From: Paraphysomonas bandaiensis
Lineage: Eukaryota > Protista > Chrysophyceae
Assembly (NCBI GenBank): GCA_965644295.1
Contig: CBFFRP010000577.1
Span: 124,001 to 188,000 of the forward strand
DNA length: 64,000 nt
Direction of reading: 5' to 3'
Shown: positions 25,101-33,958 of the stretch, piece after piece
Layout of the letters: every line of letters begins with the position of its first letter
How positions within the stretch are numbered: position 1 is the stretch's first letter
Notes under the pieces: generated by a model
Told to the model about the DNA's origin: nothing
Seen by the model: the letters and a program-made list of their open reading frames with translations, nothing else
Database searches by the model: none
Made by a program: the position numbers and the translations under genes

Positions 25101-27562
25101 CATCCGTTCCTACATCTTTACCGACTTCTATCCCGACCTCAGTTCCTAGTTCTGTACCTACTTCTACACCAACATCGATCCCCACTTCGATCCCTACGTC
25201 AGTACCAACCTCTGTTCCAACCTCAGTACCCACATCTATACCAACGTCAGCTCCAACATCAGTACCGACGTCTCTTCCTACGTCTGCACCCACTTCGACT
25301 CCAACTTCCTTACCAACCTCTGTTCCAACGTCGATTCCTACATCTGTTCCATCATCACTTCCTACTTCTGATCCTACTTCAGTTCCCACATCTATACCCA
25401 CCTCAATTCCTACATCAGTCCCTACATCGATTCCAACGTCAGTACCCACCTCAATTCCAACATCAATCCCTACGTCTGTGCCAACATCAATACCTACTTC
25501 GGTGCCAACATCAGTCCCTACTTCTATTCCGACAGCAGTTCCTACCGCTATTCCATCATCTGTGCCGACAAGTGTACCTTCTTCCGCACCAAGTTCTTTG
25601 CCCACTTCTGTTCCAACATCCGCACCGACATCAATACCAACGAGTGTGCCGTCATCTGTACCTACCTCTACACCTACTTCTTTACCTACATCCGTCCCAA
25701 CATCGGTACCAACATCGGTTCCTTCATCTGTTCCCACCTCATTACCTACATCTGCGCCGACATCATTTCCGACATCAATTCCTTCTTCTGTTCCGACGTC
25801 TGTGCCAACCTCAGTTCCAACGTCTGTACCCACATCTGCTCCTACCTCGGTACCCACATCTGCGCCCTCGGCAGTTCCATCGTCGATTCCATCGTCAGTA
25901 CCCACATCGGTTCCAACATCGATTCCTACTTCGGTTCCTACATCGGCTCCCACATCTTTACCGACTGCTATCCCGACATCAGTTCCTAGTTCTGCACCAA
26001 CTTCGGTACCTACATCAGTCCCTACTTCGGTCCCTACGTCGGTTCCAACTGCTGTTCCAACGTCGGTTCCTACCTCTGTTCCATCGTCTGTTCCATCGTC
26101 TGTTCCATCATCGATTCCAACATCGGTTCCTACATCAGTTCCCACTTCTGTCCCGACGTCTAATCCTACCTCTGTTCCAACCTCATTCCCGACATCGAAT
26201 CCTACTTCGGTACCAACATCTGTGCCATCATCTGTACCTACCTCGACACCAACATCTGTTCCTACATCACTTCCAACGTCTGTTCCAACTTCAGTACCGA
26301 CATCACTACCAACAGCGCTTCCTACATCTGTTCCTTCAACTATTCCAACAGCTATTCCAACAGATACTCCCACGGCGATGCCTACCTCTGTGCCCACTTC
26401 AGTGCCTACATCTGTACCTAGCTCGATCCCAACATCTACTCCAACTTCTGTTCCGACAGCGATGCCTACATCAGTACCAACGTCAGTCCCAACATCGGCT
26501 CCGACGTCTGTTCCTACGTCAATCCCAACATCAGTGCCTACGTGTATACCTACAGCAGTGCCAACGTCATTACCAACTTCAGTTCCCACTTCAATTCCTA
26601 CGGCGTTACCTACTTCGGTCCCAACATCAGTACCAACTTCAGTTCCCACATCTTCTCCATCATCACTGCCAAGTTCTATCCCTACATCTGTTCCCTCCTC
26701 TTTACCCACATCCGTTCCTTCGTCGATTCCGACATCCATACCTACGTCGACGCCAACATCTGTCCCTAGTTCAGTTCCTACTTCCAAGCCATCATCCTTT
26801 CCTACATCGATTCCTTCATCCATTCCCTCTTCACCACCATCAAGTGTACCATCCAGTAAACCAACAGATAGTCCAACTTTTAAGCCGACTTTTGCTCCTA
26901 CGCTGCGACCAGTGCTACCAAAATCACCTACTGTAGCTCCTAGCATTCGGTCCCCCAATCAGCCTTCAAGGAGCCCAACTCGTCACCCCACAGCATGTCC
27001 AACTGTATCCTTCAGTCCTACGTTTTCGCCCTCCACGTCTATTCCAACGCCACTTCCGTCATCTGTGCCGTCTGGGAACCCTACTATACAGCCGTCATCT
27101 GTGCCAACGTGTGTCCCATCGAAGTTGCCTTCGTCGGAACCATCTGTTGTACCTTCTGGTGAACCGACAGCGATTCCTTCCCGTCTACCCACTTCTGTTC
27201 CATCAAATGAGCCTACTTTCTCTCCTACAGCTCCTACCCCTGCACCCATTGACAATTCCCCGACCCCTCCACCGACCAAAACCCCGACGCGTATACCCAC
27301 TAGTGCGCCGACAAAGTCACCTATATCTGTGGCCCCCACCTTTCAACCGACCACTTCTGTGAAGGTGCCCACTGGCAGAAGAGGACTTAGTCCCACTTCT
27401 GAACCAAGTGGTATGCCAGGAACACCAGCGCAGTCTCCGGCAATACAGACTACACAGTCTCCTACGACATCTACTCCATCGACTTCGACTCCGTCAGCTG
27501 GACCTCCTCCTATTGCGGACAGGAGACCGACCAAACGCCCTGTTTTCAACCTATTCCCATAA
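16124..27562 (+). CDS. Giant secreted mucin-like protein (3812 aa) of P-T-S-[V/I/L] tetrapeptide repeats
   Basis: Uninterrupted 11.4-kb ORF with signal-peptide-like start (ISLFLLLYCARIHA). Synonymous third-position variation across 12-bp units preserves the Pro-Thr-Ser frame. Pro/Ser/Thr-rich non-repeat C-terminus. Confidence 0.85.
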   Translation: MSCFKVIHRISLFLLLYCARIHAASISVLSNSYAASGTYDEIKAQLDENQNTDSEAVGEGVWSCSCSQSFFPTSVPSSLPSSIPTSLPSSVPTSVPTSIPTSVPSSLPSSIPTSPPSSVPTSVPTSIPTSVPSSVPTSLPTCMPTSFPTSLPSSIPTSLPTSIPTSIPTVSPTSVPTTVPTSVPTSIPTSLPTSTPSSTPTSLPTSFPTSLPSSIPTSLPTSSPTSIPTSVPSSIPTSLPSSSPTSIPTSVPTSTPTSLPTSVPTSVPSSVPSALPTSMPSSVPTSIPTSLPTVIPTSIPTSLPSSLPTSVPTSIPTSIPSSVPTSLPTSIPTSVPTSIPTSVPTSDPTSVPTSIPTSVPSSIPTSIPTALPSSVPTSIPTSVPTSLPSSVPTSIPTSLPTSIPTSVPTSMPTSVPTSAPSSMPTSVPTSVPTSVPSSVPTSVPTSTPTSIPTSLPSSLPTSVPTSLPTSLPTSVPTSVPSSVPTSTPTSIPTSIPTSVPSSVPSSLPTSFPTSVPTSVPSSVPTSIPTSMPSSAPTSVPTSVPTSVPTSLPTSIPTSVPTSVPTSVPSSVPTSVPTSVPTSIPTSVPTSLPTSVPTSIPTSVPTSVPTSVPSSVPTSYPTSVPTAVPTSQPTSVPTSTPTSVPTSTPTSVPSSTPTSVPSSLPTSIPTSIPTSVPSCVPTSVPTSTPTSTPTSSPSSVPTSVPTSIPTSIPTSVPSSDPTSVPTSVPTSVPTSAPTSVPTSIPTSLPTSVPTSMPTSVPTSVPTCIPTSVPTSVPTSVPTSVPTSVPTSVPTSVPTSLPTSVPTSVPSSVPTSIPTSLPTSVPTSVPTAVPTSIPTSVPTSVPTSVPTSVPTSVPTSVPTSIPTLIPTSVPTSMPTSVPSSVPTSIPTSLPTSVPTSVPTAVPTSSPTSVPSSIPTGVPTSVPTAIPTSAPTTVPTSVPTSVPTASPTSVPTSVPTSVPSSLPTSIPTSLPTSVPTSVPTAVPTSIPTGVPTSVPTSIPTSVPTSVPTSVPTSVPTSVPTSLPTSVPTSVPSSLPTSIPTSLPTSVPTSVPTAVPTSIPTGVPTSVPTSIPTSVPTSVPTSVPTSVPTSIPTSLPTSVPTSVPSSVPTSIPTSLPTSVPTSVPTSVPTAVPSSVPTSVPTSIPTSLPTSVPTSVPTSVPTSDPTSLPTSIPTSVPSSVPTSIPTSLPTSVPTSVPTSVPTSVPSSVPTSVPTSIPTSAPTSVPTSVPTSVPTSVPTSLPTSIPTSVPSSLPTSIPTSLPTSVPTSVPTSVPTSIPTSVPTSVPTSVPTSAPTSVPTSVPTSVPTSVPTSLPTSIPTSVPSSVPTSIPTSLPTSVPTSVPTSVPTSVPSSVPTSVPTSIPTSVPTSVPTSVPTSVPTSVPTSLPTSVPTSVPSSVPTSIPTSLPTSVPTSVPTSVPTSIPTSVPTSVPTSVPTSLPTSVPTSVPTSVPTSVPTSLPTSVPTSVPTSVPTSVPTSVPTSVPTSVPTSLPTSVPTSVPSSVPTSIPTSLPTSVPTSVPTAVPTSIPTSVPTSVPTSVPTSVPTSVPTSVPTSIPTSIPTSVPTSMPTSVPSSVPTSIPTSLPTSVPTSVPTAVPTSIPTGVPTSVPTSVPTSVPTSVPTSVPTSVPTSIPTSLPTSIPTSVPSSLPTSIPTSLPTSVPTSVPTAVPTSIPTGVPTSVPTSVPTSVPTSVPTSVPTSVPTSVPTSLPTSIPTSVPSSLPTSIPTSLPTSVPTSVPTAVPTSIPTGVPTSVPTSVPTSAPTSVPTSVPTSVPTSVPTSLPTSIPTSVPSSLPTSIPTSLPTSVPTSVPTAVPTSIPTGVPTSVPTSVPTSAPTSVPTSVPTSVPTSVPTSLPTSIPTSVPSSLPTSIPTSLPTSVPTSVPTAVPTSIPTGVPTSVPTSIPTSVPTSVPTSVPTSAPTSVPTSLPTSVPTSVPTAVPTSIPTGVPTSVPTSIPTSVPTSVPTSLPTSVPTSVPTSLPTSVPTSVPTSVPTSIPTGVPTSVPTSIPTAVPTSIPTGVPTSVPTSVPTSLPTSVPTSVPSSVPTSIPTSLPTSVPTSMPTAVPTSIPTGVPTSVPTSVPTSLPTSVPTSVPSSVPTSIPTSLPTSVPTSMPTAVPTSIPTGVPTSVPTSVPTSVPTSVPTSVPTSVPTSVPTSLPTSVPTSVPSSVPTSIPTSLPTSVPTSVPTAVPTSIPTGVPTSVPTSIPTSVPTSVPTSVPTSAPTSVPTSLPTSVPTSVPSSLPTSIPTSLPTSVPTSVPTAVPTSIPTGVPTSVPTSIPTSVPTSVPTSVPTSAPTSVPTSLPTSVPTSVPSSIPTSVPTSIPTSVPTSVPTAVPTSIPTGVPTSVPTSVPTSVPTSVPTSVPTSVPTSVPTSLPTSVPTSVPSSLPTSIPTSLPTSVPTSVPTAVPTSIPTGVPTSVPTSIPTSVPTSVPTSVPTSAPTSVPTSLPTSVPTSVPSSIPTSVPTSIPTSVPTSVPTSVPSSIPTSVPTSVPTSIPTSMPTSVPSSVPTSTPTSLPTSVPTAIPTSIPTSVPTSVPTSIPTSIPTSVPTAIPTSIPSALPTSVPTSIPTSVPTSIPTAVPTSLPTSVPTSLPTSVPTSTPTSVPTSVPTSTPTSLPTSIPTSLPTTIPTSVPSSVPTSVPTSVPTSVPTSVPTSVPTSVPTSVPTSVPTAAPTSVPSSVPSSIPTSLPTSVPTSVPTSVPTSMPTSIPTSVPTSTPTSLPTSVPTSTPTSIPSSVPTSVPSSLPTSLPTSVPTSVPTSVPTSVPTSVPTSVPSSIPTSVPTSVPTSVPTSVPTSVPTSVPTSVPTSVPTSVPTSVPTSAPSAVPTSIPTSVPTSVPSSSPTSVPTSVPTSVPTSIPTSLPSSVPTSVPSSVPTSVPTSVPTSVPTSIPTSVPTSVPTSIPTSIPSSIPTSCPTSIPTSLPTSVPTSVPSSAPTSVPTALPSSVPTSVPSSSPSSVPTAVPTSVPTSVPTSLPTSVPTSVPTSVPTSVPTSVPTSVPTSIPTSVPTSVPTSLPTSIPTSVPSSVPTSTPTSIPTSIPTSVPTSVPTSVPTSIPTSAPTSVPTSLPTSAPTSTPTSLPTSVPTSIPTSVPSSLPTSDPTSVPTSIPTSIPTSVPTSIPTSVPTSIPTSIPTSVPTSIPTSVPTSVPTSIPTAVPTAIPSSVPTSVPSSAPSSLPTSVPTSAPTSIPTSVPSSVPTSTPTSLPTSVPTSVPTSVPSSVPTSLPTSAPTSFPTSIPSSVPTSVPTSVPTSVPTSAPTSVPTSAPSAVPSSIPSSVPTSVPTSIPTSVPTSAPTSLPTAIPTSVPSSAPTSVPTSVPTSVPTSVPTAVPTSVPTSVPSSVPSSVPSSIPTSVPTSVPTSVPTSNPTSVPTSFPTSNPTSVPTSVPSSVPTSTPTSVPTSLPTSVPTSVPTSLPTALPTSVPSTIPTAIPTDTPTAMPTSVPTSVPTSVPSSIPTSTPTSVPTAMPTSVPTSVPTSAPTSVPTSIPTSVPTCIPTAVPTSLPTSVPTSIPTALPTSVPTSVPTSVPTSSPSSLPSSIPTSVPSSLPTSVPSSIPTSIPTSTPTSVPSSVPTSKPSSFPTSIPSSIPSSPPSSVPSSKPTDSPTFKPTFAPTLRPVLPKSPTVAPSIRSPNQPSRSPTRHPTACPTVSFSPTFSPSTSIPTPLPSSVPSGNPTIQPSSVPTCVPSKLPSSEPSVVPSGEPTAIPSRLPTSVPSNEPTFSPTAPTPAPIDNSPTPPPTKTPTRIPTSAPTKSPISVAPTFQPTTSVKVPTGRRGLSPTSEPSGMPGTPAQSPAIQTTQSPTTSTPSTSTPSAGPPPIADRRPTKRPVFNLFP

Positions 27563-28198
27563 TTGTTGTGAAGGGCACTGCTCTATGCAGCATGTTTTTT
27601 GATATCATATATATTGAATTGTTGGTAAGCCAATGAGGCCTCTATACATGTTGGTGCACTAAGACAATTATGGCAGTGACATAAAGTACTATAATTTTGA
27701 AACTAATGTGAACTGCACCGCAGTAGCAACCGCTTCGTTCACAATGTCTTGCTCTATAATTGTCATTGTACCATGAATAGACGGTGATTTATTATGAGAC
27801 AAAAGTAATAATTATATACTACATCAGATTTAGTTCTTGTAGTGTGTCTTATATTGAAAACAAGTTAGGAGTATTGAGTCTGGTATTGGCCCATAGAAAT
27901 TCTATATTCTGAACGGTCACAGTTGTATAAAAACGTCACACAGGAAAGGGGTCTTCATTATTTTTCCTAAAGGCTCTGTATTGATTATATCATAGCCTTT
28001 ACACTAAATATCATATCCGACAATGGTACTTTTCGTATTTGATATATATTTCATTTACATACCCTATATTATTCTATAAACAAAATAAAACAATGACATT
28101 TTGATAATATCAAAATAACCTACTATCGTACACTAACCGATGTGGAGAATGAGGTGGAAGGATATCGAAAAGTACAAAAAATATGAAATGCCATCATT

Positions 28199-28577
28199 GA
28201 GTGTCTTATTAGAAACAGCGGATGTAAAAAACGAGATATTAAATTGAAATAATCTAATAAATACAGATAGTTCTAACATTTTGATAATATTTCACGCTAC
28301 GAGAACTTTTTGTGTGTCATCAATAGCACCAAGGCGCAACAATCCATCAAAGCAAACACAATGAGCAAGCATAATATTGATATATACTTAACACCTGCTG
28401 ACTGCTGACTTCAGAGTATTTGAGTCACTTGCACCACACAAGCATTTGGCTATGAGTGGGAAGAACTTTATGCTGTCTACATATATGCGGCTTACTTTAG
28501 TTTTCCAGAGAGGAAAATTATCCGGTACTCATCACTCAGAACACCACGAAAAGGTGTGAGTCCGACTTTGTTGAGGG
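28199..28577 (-). mobile_element. Ribozyme-headed SINE-like retroposon copy B (internal deletion)
   Basis: Reverse complement begins CCCTCAACAAAGTCGGACTCACACCTTTTCGTGG, continues like copy A, then jumps to the shared 3' body and tail. Confidence 0.75.
28487..28577 (-). ncRNA. Candidate HDV-like ribozyme, most complete copy
   Basis: Minus strand CCCTCA..AGTCGGACTCA-CAC-CTTTTC-GTG-GTGTTC-TGAGTG-ATGAGTA-CCGGA..TCTGG-AAAACTAA-AGTAAGCCGC gives P1, P2, P3/L3, P4 and J4/2 in HDV order, with a few mismatches. Confidence 0.6.
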
Positions 28578-28612
28578 CAGAAGTATCAACACACTTTACA
28601 TTATAAGTAGCC

Positions 28613-29018
28613 AATGTTTTATTATTAGCAATAGGCGTATAAGAGCCAGAACTAATTTAGCATTGCAATTTAACTAACTCTAGTACTTAACTCTGATATC
28701 CTACTATTTTAGGCTACGAAAGCTGCTTGTGCATCACCGCAAGCTCCAAGGTGCAGCCACTTTTGCTCTATCAGTCAAAGCAAACGCAGTGAGCAAGCAG
28801 AATGTGGATATACCTGACATATGCTGACTTCAGAATTTTGAGTCCTTAACCCGGATGCTTTAATTCAGCACGCAGCCCATTTCCCTAACCCCGGTTATCT
28901 TTCAGGTGGTCCCAGTCCCGAATGCCTTTTTATTCATCAGGTGGACGTCTTCGGAAACCTCTCCGGTACTTATCCCCCAGAACGCCACGAAAAGGTGTAA
29001 GTCCGACTTTATTGAGGG
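28613..29018 (-). mobile_element. Ribozyme-headed SINE-like retroposon copy C (head truncated after P4), head-to-tail with copy B
   Basis: Minus strand CCCTCAATAAAGTCGGACTTACACCTTTTCGTGGCGTTCTGGGGGATAAGTACCGGAGAG..., body homologous to 13550-13950, stem-loop at 28724-28745, tail GCCTATTGCTAATAATAAAACATT. Confidence 0.8.
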
Positions 29019-30586
29019 TAACTATTATTAGGCGGTATCAACATATTATAGTACCTTCGATGTAACGAGTACAGAAAACTTCATGGCTAGCAAACTTGCT
29101 TGATTGACACCTATTGTCGAGGTGACCATTCAATAACAGGAGGGTATAGAGTGTGCCCCTTTGTAACGCCTTGGTGTTAAATTATTACTCCAATTATTGT
29201 TCAGCTATCATATTTTGGCTATGCCGAGATCTCAAATGTCAGGAGTGCGCTTGGGCTATGGAGAATCTGTGGTCTCTATTTATGGTTGGAGTGGCATGAG
29301 CGACTATACTACTATGGAGATCTGGGTGTCTACTTTGTGGTTACTTCAATGTGACTGCTAGCTATGATTGGAACGACCTGTACTCACGTGGGTACGCCAG
29401 GACGAATCACCTTACACTAGTGATATACTGTGTATATGTGTCATTTTTTACTTACATGCTGGTAAATGTATTCTACAAAACATTTTATATTCATTATGTC
29501 ATACTATTGTCATGCTTATCACGTCACTCACATCACATTTCTGCTATATGTATGCACCACTTACACCAATCTTAATTTCATAATTATTGCAAACACGCCA
29601 TGCAGTACACACACGCTGCACTGGCACTGATTCTTCTCTAGCTGTATAAGGAAAGAATTAGACATCAATGCAGTACATTCATATACATCCAGACCTGCTA
29701 CTACCTCTTTGTGTATGCGTATTTCCCTCCATGTCCATCATTACACTCTTATCACCTTGCATACTGTATGGAAAACTGTAACAGTGCCTGTATAGGATCC
29801 AAGTCTTGTCATAAGCACGATCTGCATGTATACATCACATGAATATGGCGTATGTATGGTATATGTACACATTGTATCACCTGAGGGTCCATCAATCTCG
29901 TTGTAAGGCCATTGGCGCCCTCTGTGTGGTCGTCATATTCCTGTGGAGCGCAGCGGACTCTAACTTCTTGCATTCATGATGACTGGAGCCGTGACTTGCC
30001 TGATACATCTGTCATCATGGACTTGACCAGTGTGCCAAGTATCAGCATCTATCTCTTACTGGTTATGGAGCGCTGGCATGTGTCTGCGATGCATGAGCGA
30101 AGGGCATCATGCATCATCTTCTTGTTTTGTAGGCTGTACTTTACCGTATGTACTGTATTTTGTTGTTTGCAAAACCCCAAAAATTCTTTGTGCAAATCCG
30201 CAATTTTTTTGAAACCACGGACGATATACAATGTATATTGTCAAGTACAAGCATATGATTGGACGATATTCTCATTTTTGTGTGTTGGTGGTCTTCATAG
30301 CATTCAACGGGTGTTCCAGAGACTGATATCTCCAAATATCCCACTTTTACGAATATTTGGATCACCGTATAACGGACTTGCCGAACAATAAATGTTCGGA
30401 AAATCGGTTTATCTCCACCGTATAATTATGATATCTAGAATATCTCGATTTTACGAACACATTATTGTTCGGCATTTTTTTACCGTTTGGCCACTATCGC
30501 CATTCAAACCATACAACACCAATGCCCATAAACTGCAAGAACAAAGAACTTAGAACAAATAAAGCACTTAAAACAAACCAAGCACA

Positions 30587-32716
30587 ATGGATATTATTAG
30601 AGAGCAAAGTGAGTTCAGAGATGAGATTGCACAGCAAACCAAGCAGATGCGGTTAACGGATAGCACCCGCAGGCAATATGCAGACAGGGTCAGGGCCTTT
30701 GCACATTGGCTTGATGAGCATTACCCCGCCTGCGTGGAAAGAGACAACGGTGACAAGCTCACACCAATACTACCGATACCTGACGTAGTCATGGAAAAGT
30801 ACATGGCTCATGTGCTTCTTAAAATAGACAGCCGCACTGGTCTGTACTATGACCCTCCACAATATTACTCGTTTGCACACGTTAATGGACATCGAAGTGC
30901 TCTTAAGAATATGTACACGGAAAAGCGAATGAACCCTTCACCGGAAATAGAGAGTATGTTTAAGGAAACTCTCGAGGGATTCAAGAGGAAGGTTGCTGAC
31001 CTTAAGCAGCGTGGCTTATTACCTTCACGAGAAGGCAAGGCTGCAATGACCATGAAAGGGTACATATTTCTTGCAGAGAAAGCAGCTAAACAGGACCATG
31101 ACTTTGGACTGTATACATTTTGCTTGTCCTATTTATTGCTATGCTGGAATTTGATAGCAAGATCTGTAACAGTTGCACATATAATGTACGATCATATATC
31201 TTGGGAGGAGGATGCACTGACCATTAATATTGGCAAACAGAAGAATGATCAAGAGGGAAGCAATGGATTTCCGCGTCATATATATGCAAACCCAAAAAAC
31301 CCTATAATATGTCCTATTTTGGCATTATCAGTATGGGTGTTTACTCAAGGCTATCATCGTGAAGGCTCTGATAGGCGCCTCTTCGGGAACCCAAGAAGTT
31401 CTCAAGATCGATTTGAGAAATGGCTCTCTAAAGTACTTAAAACATTTGCTGATGCTATTATATCTCTGGGTATAATGATTGCAGAAATAGGAACACACTC
31501 ATTCAGAAAAGGTGTTGCAACGGCATTAGCTAATTGCCCTGGTGGACCCAGTGCCATAAATATATGGTTGCGAGCTGGATGGAGTTTAGGACCCGTTCAG
31601 AGTCGATACATATTTGAAGGAGCAGGTGGAGATCAATTTGTTGGCAGGGCAGCTACAGGTATATCAAGCAGTGATCCCGACTTTGCTATTCTTCCACCTC
31701 ATTTCGATGACACTAATGGCCCGGTTCTATCCGTTGAAGAATGGGAAGACATACTGCCTGGCTTCACATCATTCTATCCTGAGAATTTTAGAGTGGCTTT
31801 GCCTTATCTTCTTGCTTCGCTGGCATATCATCATGACTGGCTATTAGACACTCTTTCACCAAATCATCCTCTGTTTCTTCAAAGAGTTTGGACAAGTGGT
31901 ATACTACAACGTCTACGACCGAAAGTATTAACTGGTGTGTTTCGAAATGATGTGTCAAGAATGAATGCTACTGGTGTTCCACCCAATGTGATTCTAGCTA
32001 ATCGTATGTCGTCGCTGGAAGCAAATGTCGGGAACTTATCTAGAGGTATGCGAGAAATGCATACGACATTACCGGAAGCATTGTGTACGAGAATGCTTGA
32101 TAAGTTTACAGTTAATGGTGCGGTGCCAATAACTAGTACCGACATCGATAGTCTACGCGAAACACTTTTAGAAGAAATCAGAACAAGATGTACTCCACAT
32201 AATGTGGAGCAAATTTCTACACAAGAAGAGCAATCCACATCACAAGAGAAGCCTGGATTTTACACATGGGGAGGGCGCCATCATTTGTTTCCAGAGGGCT
32301 TTCGTTTTCCAAAAGGTAACATAAAAATGCTGTGGGATCTGTGGTGGGGGGGAGAACCTCAGAGACATATATTACCCTACAGAAAAATCAAAGGCTTCGA
32401 TTTATCCCGAACTGACCGGGTAAACTGGAGTAAATGTACCTGCATCATGAACGCACTAGTCTCCAAGGGCATAGAGATGAACGAGATCGGAGCAGTAGAG
32501 GATATTAGTAGCCTACTACCACGACAAAGAGATGCGTTATTCAGCAAAGTGTTTATACCTTTCTGTATGAACATATTCGCGGTTGCTAATCCCGTTCTTC
32601 TCGATGATATAGGCATCGGAAAAATGTCATATACGACATTCTACGATTACATGAAGGGTCGCAAGAGGAATAAACGTAGACGGAATGAAATGGAGCAAAC
32701 GGAAGAAGATAATTGA
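30587..32716 (+). mobile_element. Crypton-type DNA transposon tyrosine recombinase (CryptonS/F-like), intact intronless 709-aa ORF
   Basis: Tyrosine-recombinase catalytic set R (WNLIARS), K (KQKNDQ), HxxR (GTHSFRKG), W (LRAGW), Y (QSRYI); CPILAL motif; C-terminal LWDLWWGG...ILPYRKI region like GCR1_C-related Crypton tails. Confidence 0.88.
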
Positions 32717-33958
32717 CTGGTACATGTCTATGTTTGTGTCGTATATACGTGAGGGGGTCTGTGAGACTATTAACAGTCACCTTCACGTATATACATGAAC
32801 AGACATCGCATTAATGGAGGGGTTGATGAGAATATGACGCTCAAGTAGATAGCTATCGGCTTCTGGTGTAGATATCATCTTGTTTCATGGCACTACTGAC
32901 AGTTTAAAGTAACATGTAAAGTTGAACGTTAGATGACATACACATACAACACCATTCTACAACAGTACTCTACCACAATTATACAACAGTATACAGCAGT
33001 AATACTACATAATACCGTTCTGTTCGTATACTGTTCGTAAAAGCGGACCTTCTATAAATAATCAACCAAATCTTGTGGAATCTTTTGTAGAATATTGTTC
33101 TAGATATTATTGTGTGCTTCTGGATAGCTTGTAGAACATGAGTGATTCTTTATGAGTTGATTTTGTGCGTAGCATGCTATTACTTCTTTTGTTATATATG
33201 TTTGCTTTGAACGCGTATAGAGGGGCGTCTGTATAAAGCTGGAGGGTGCTCTGACTACTTGCAGAGCTAAGTTAGCAAATTATCTTCACTTATGCATTAC
33301 CTTACTTGTTACATACATACACATCATTCTCTGCACCTGGTGTTCGTACACCGTGTTAAACTATACCTTAAGGCATTCAACCAGCTGCTTACCTTGGTTT
33401 GATAATCTATATATTTGTAGCCATCAAATGAACATTCACTGGCATCAGATACGACGCTCCCATCATCAGATACTTTTCACTTTTCAGTGTCTTCACACTA
33501 CTACCGTTGCAACAGCTACCACTGAGACAAGGGGAAACAATGTTTCAGACTTGGTGTGTATAGTTGTCACAAGCTTATGACGGTTTGAAGACCAAAATCT
33601 ATCTAAAATATAAGTAAAATTGCTTTGCAGGACCTATGATGACGATTGATCTGAACAATAAAATGAAACGTCAAAAACCAACTCCAGGCTTGCTGTAGTA
33701 CTTAGAATATACTTCAGACAGTACATATCCTTAGTGATTCGAAGTGTAGTCATTGGTTGTAATAAATATAGTTGTGAAATAAAAAATAATACACAGTAAA
33801 TTTATAGCATACACATATGAAACTTCATATAAATTTGGTGTTATCATCTACCCTCAGAGTCAGAATGATATGACACAGGTCAAAACGAAAGGGTTAACTT
33901 AGTTTTTTTCAGCAAAGCACCACTTTGAAGTGACCACGAAAAATGTATATATTATTGA

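Noticed and set aside
16324-26958. 3544-aa antisense ORF (GTDV repeats) and long alternative + frame ORFs (18418-23757, 18876-26936)
   Set aside because: By-products of the Pro-Thr-Ser-Val codon repeat, which rarely creates stops in other frames. Only the PTSV frame has a signal peptide and synonymous variation.
29040-30330. Short ORFs upstream of the Crypton as a possible accessory gene
   Set aside because: No recognisable motif or consistent exon chain; cannot be assigned to the element without other copies.
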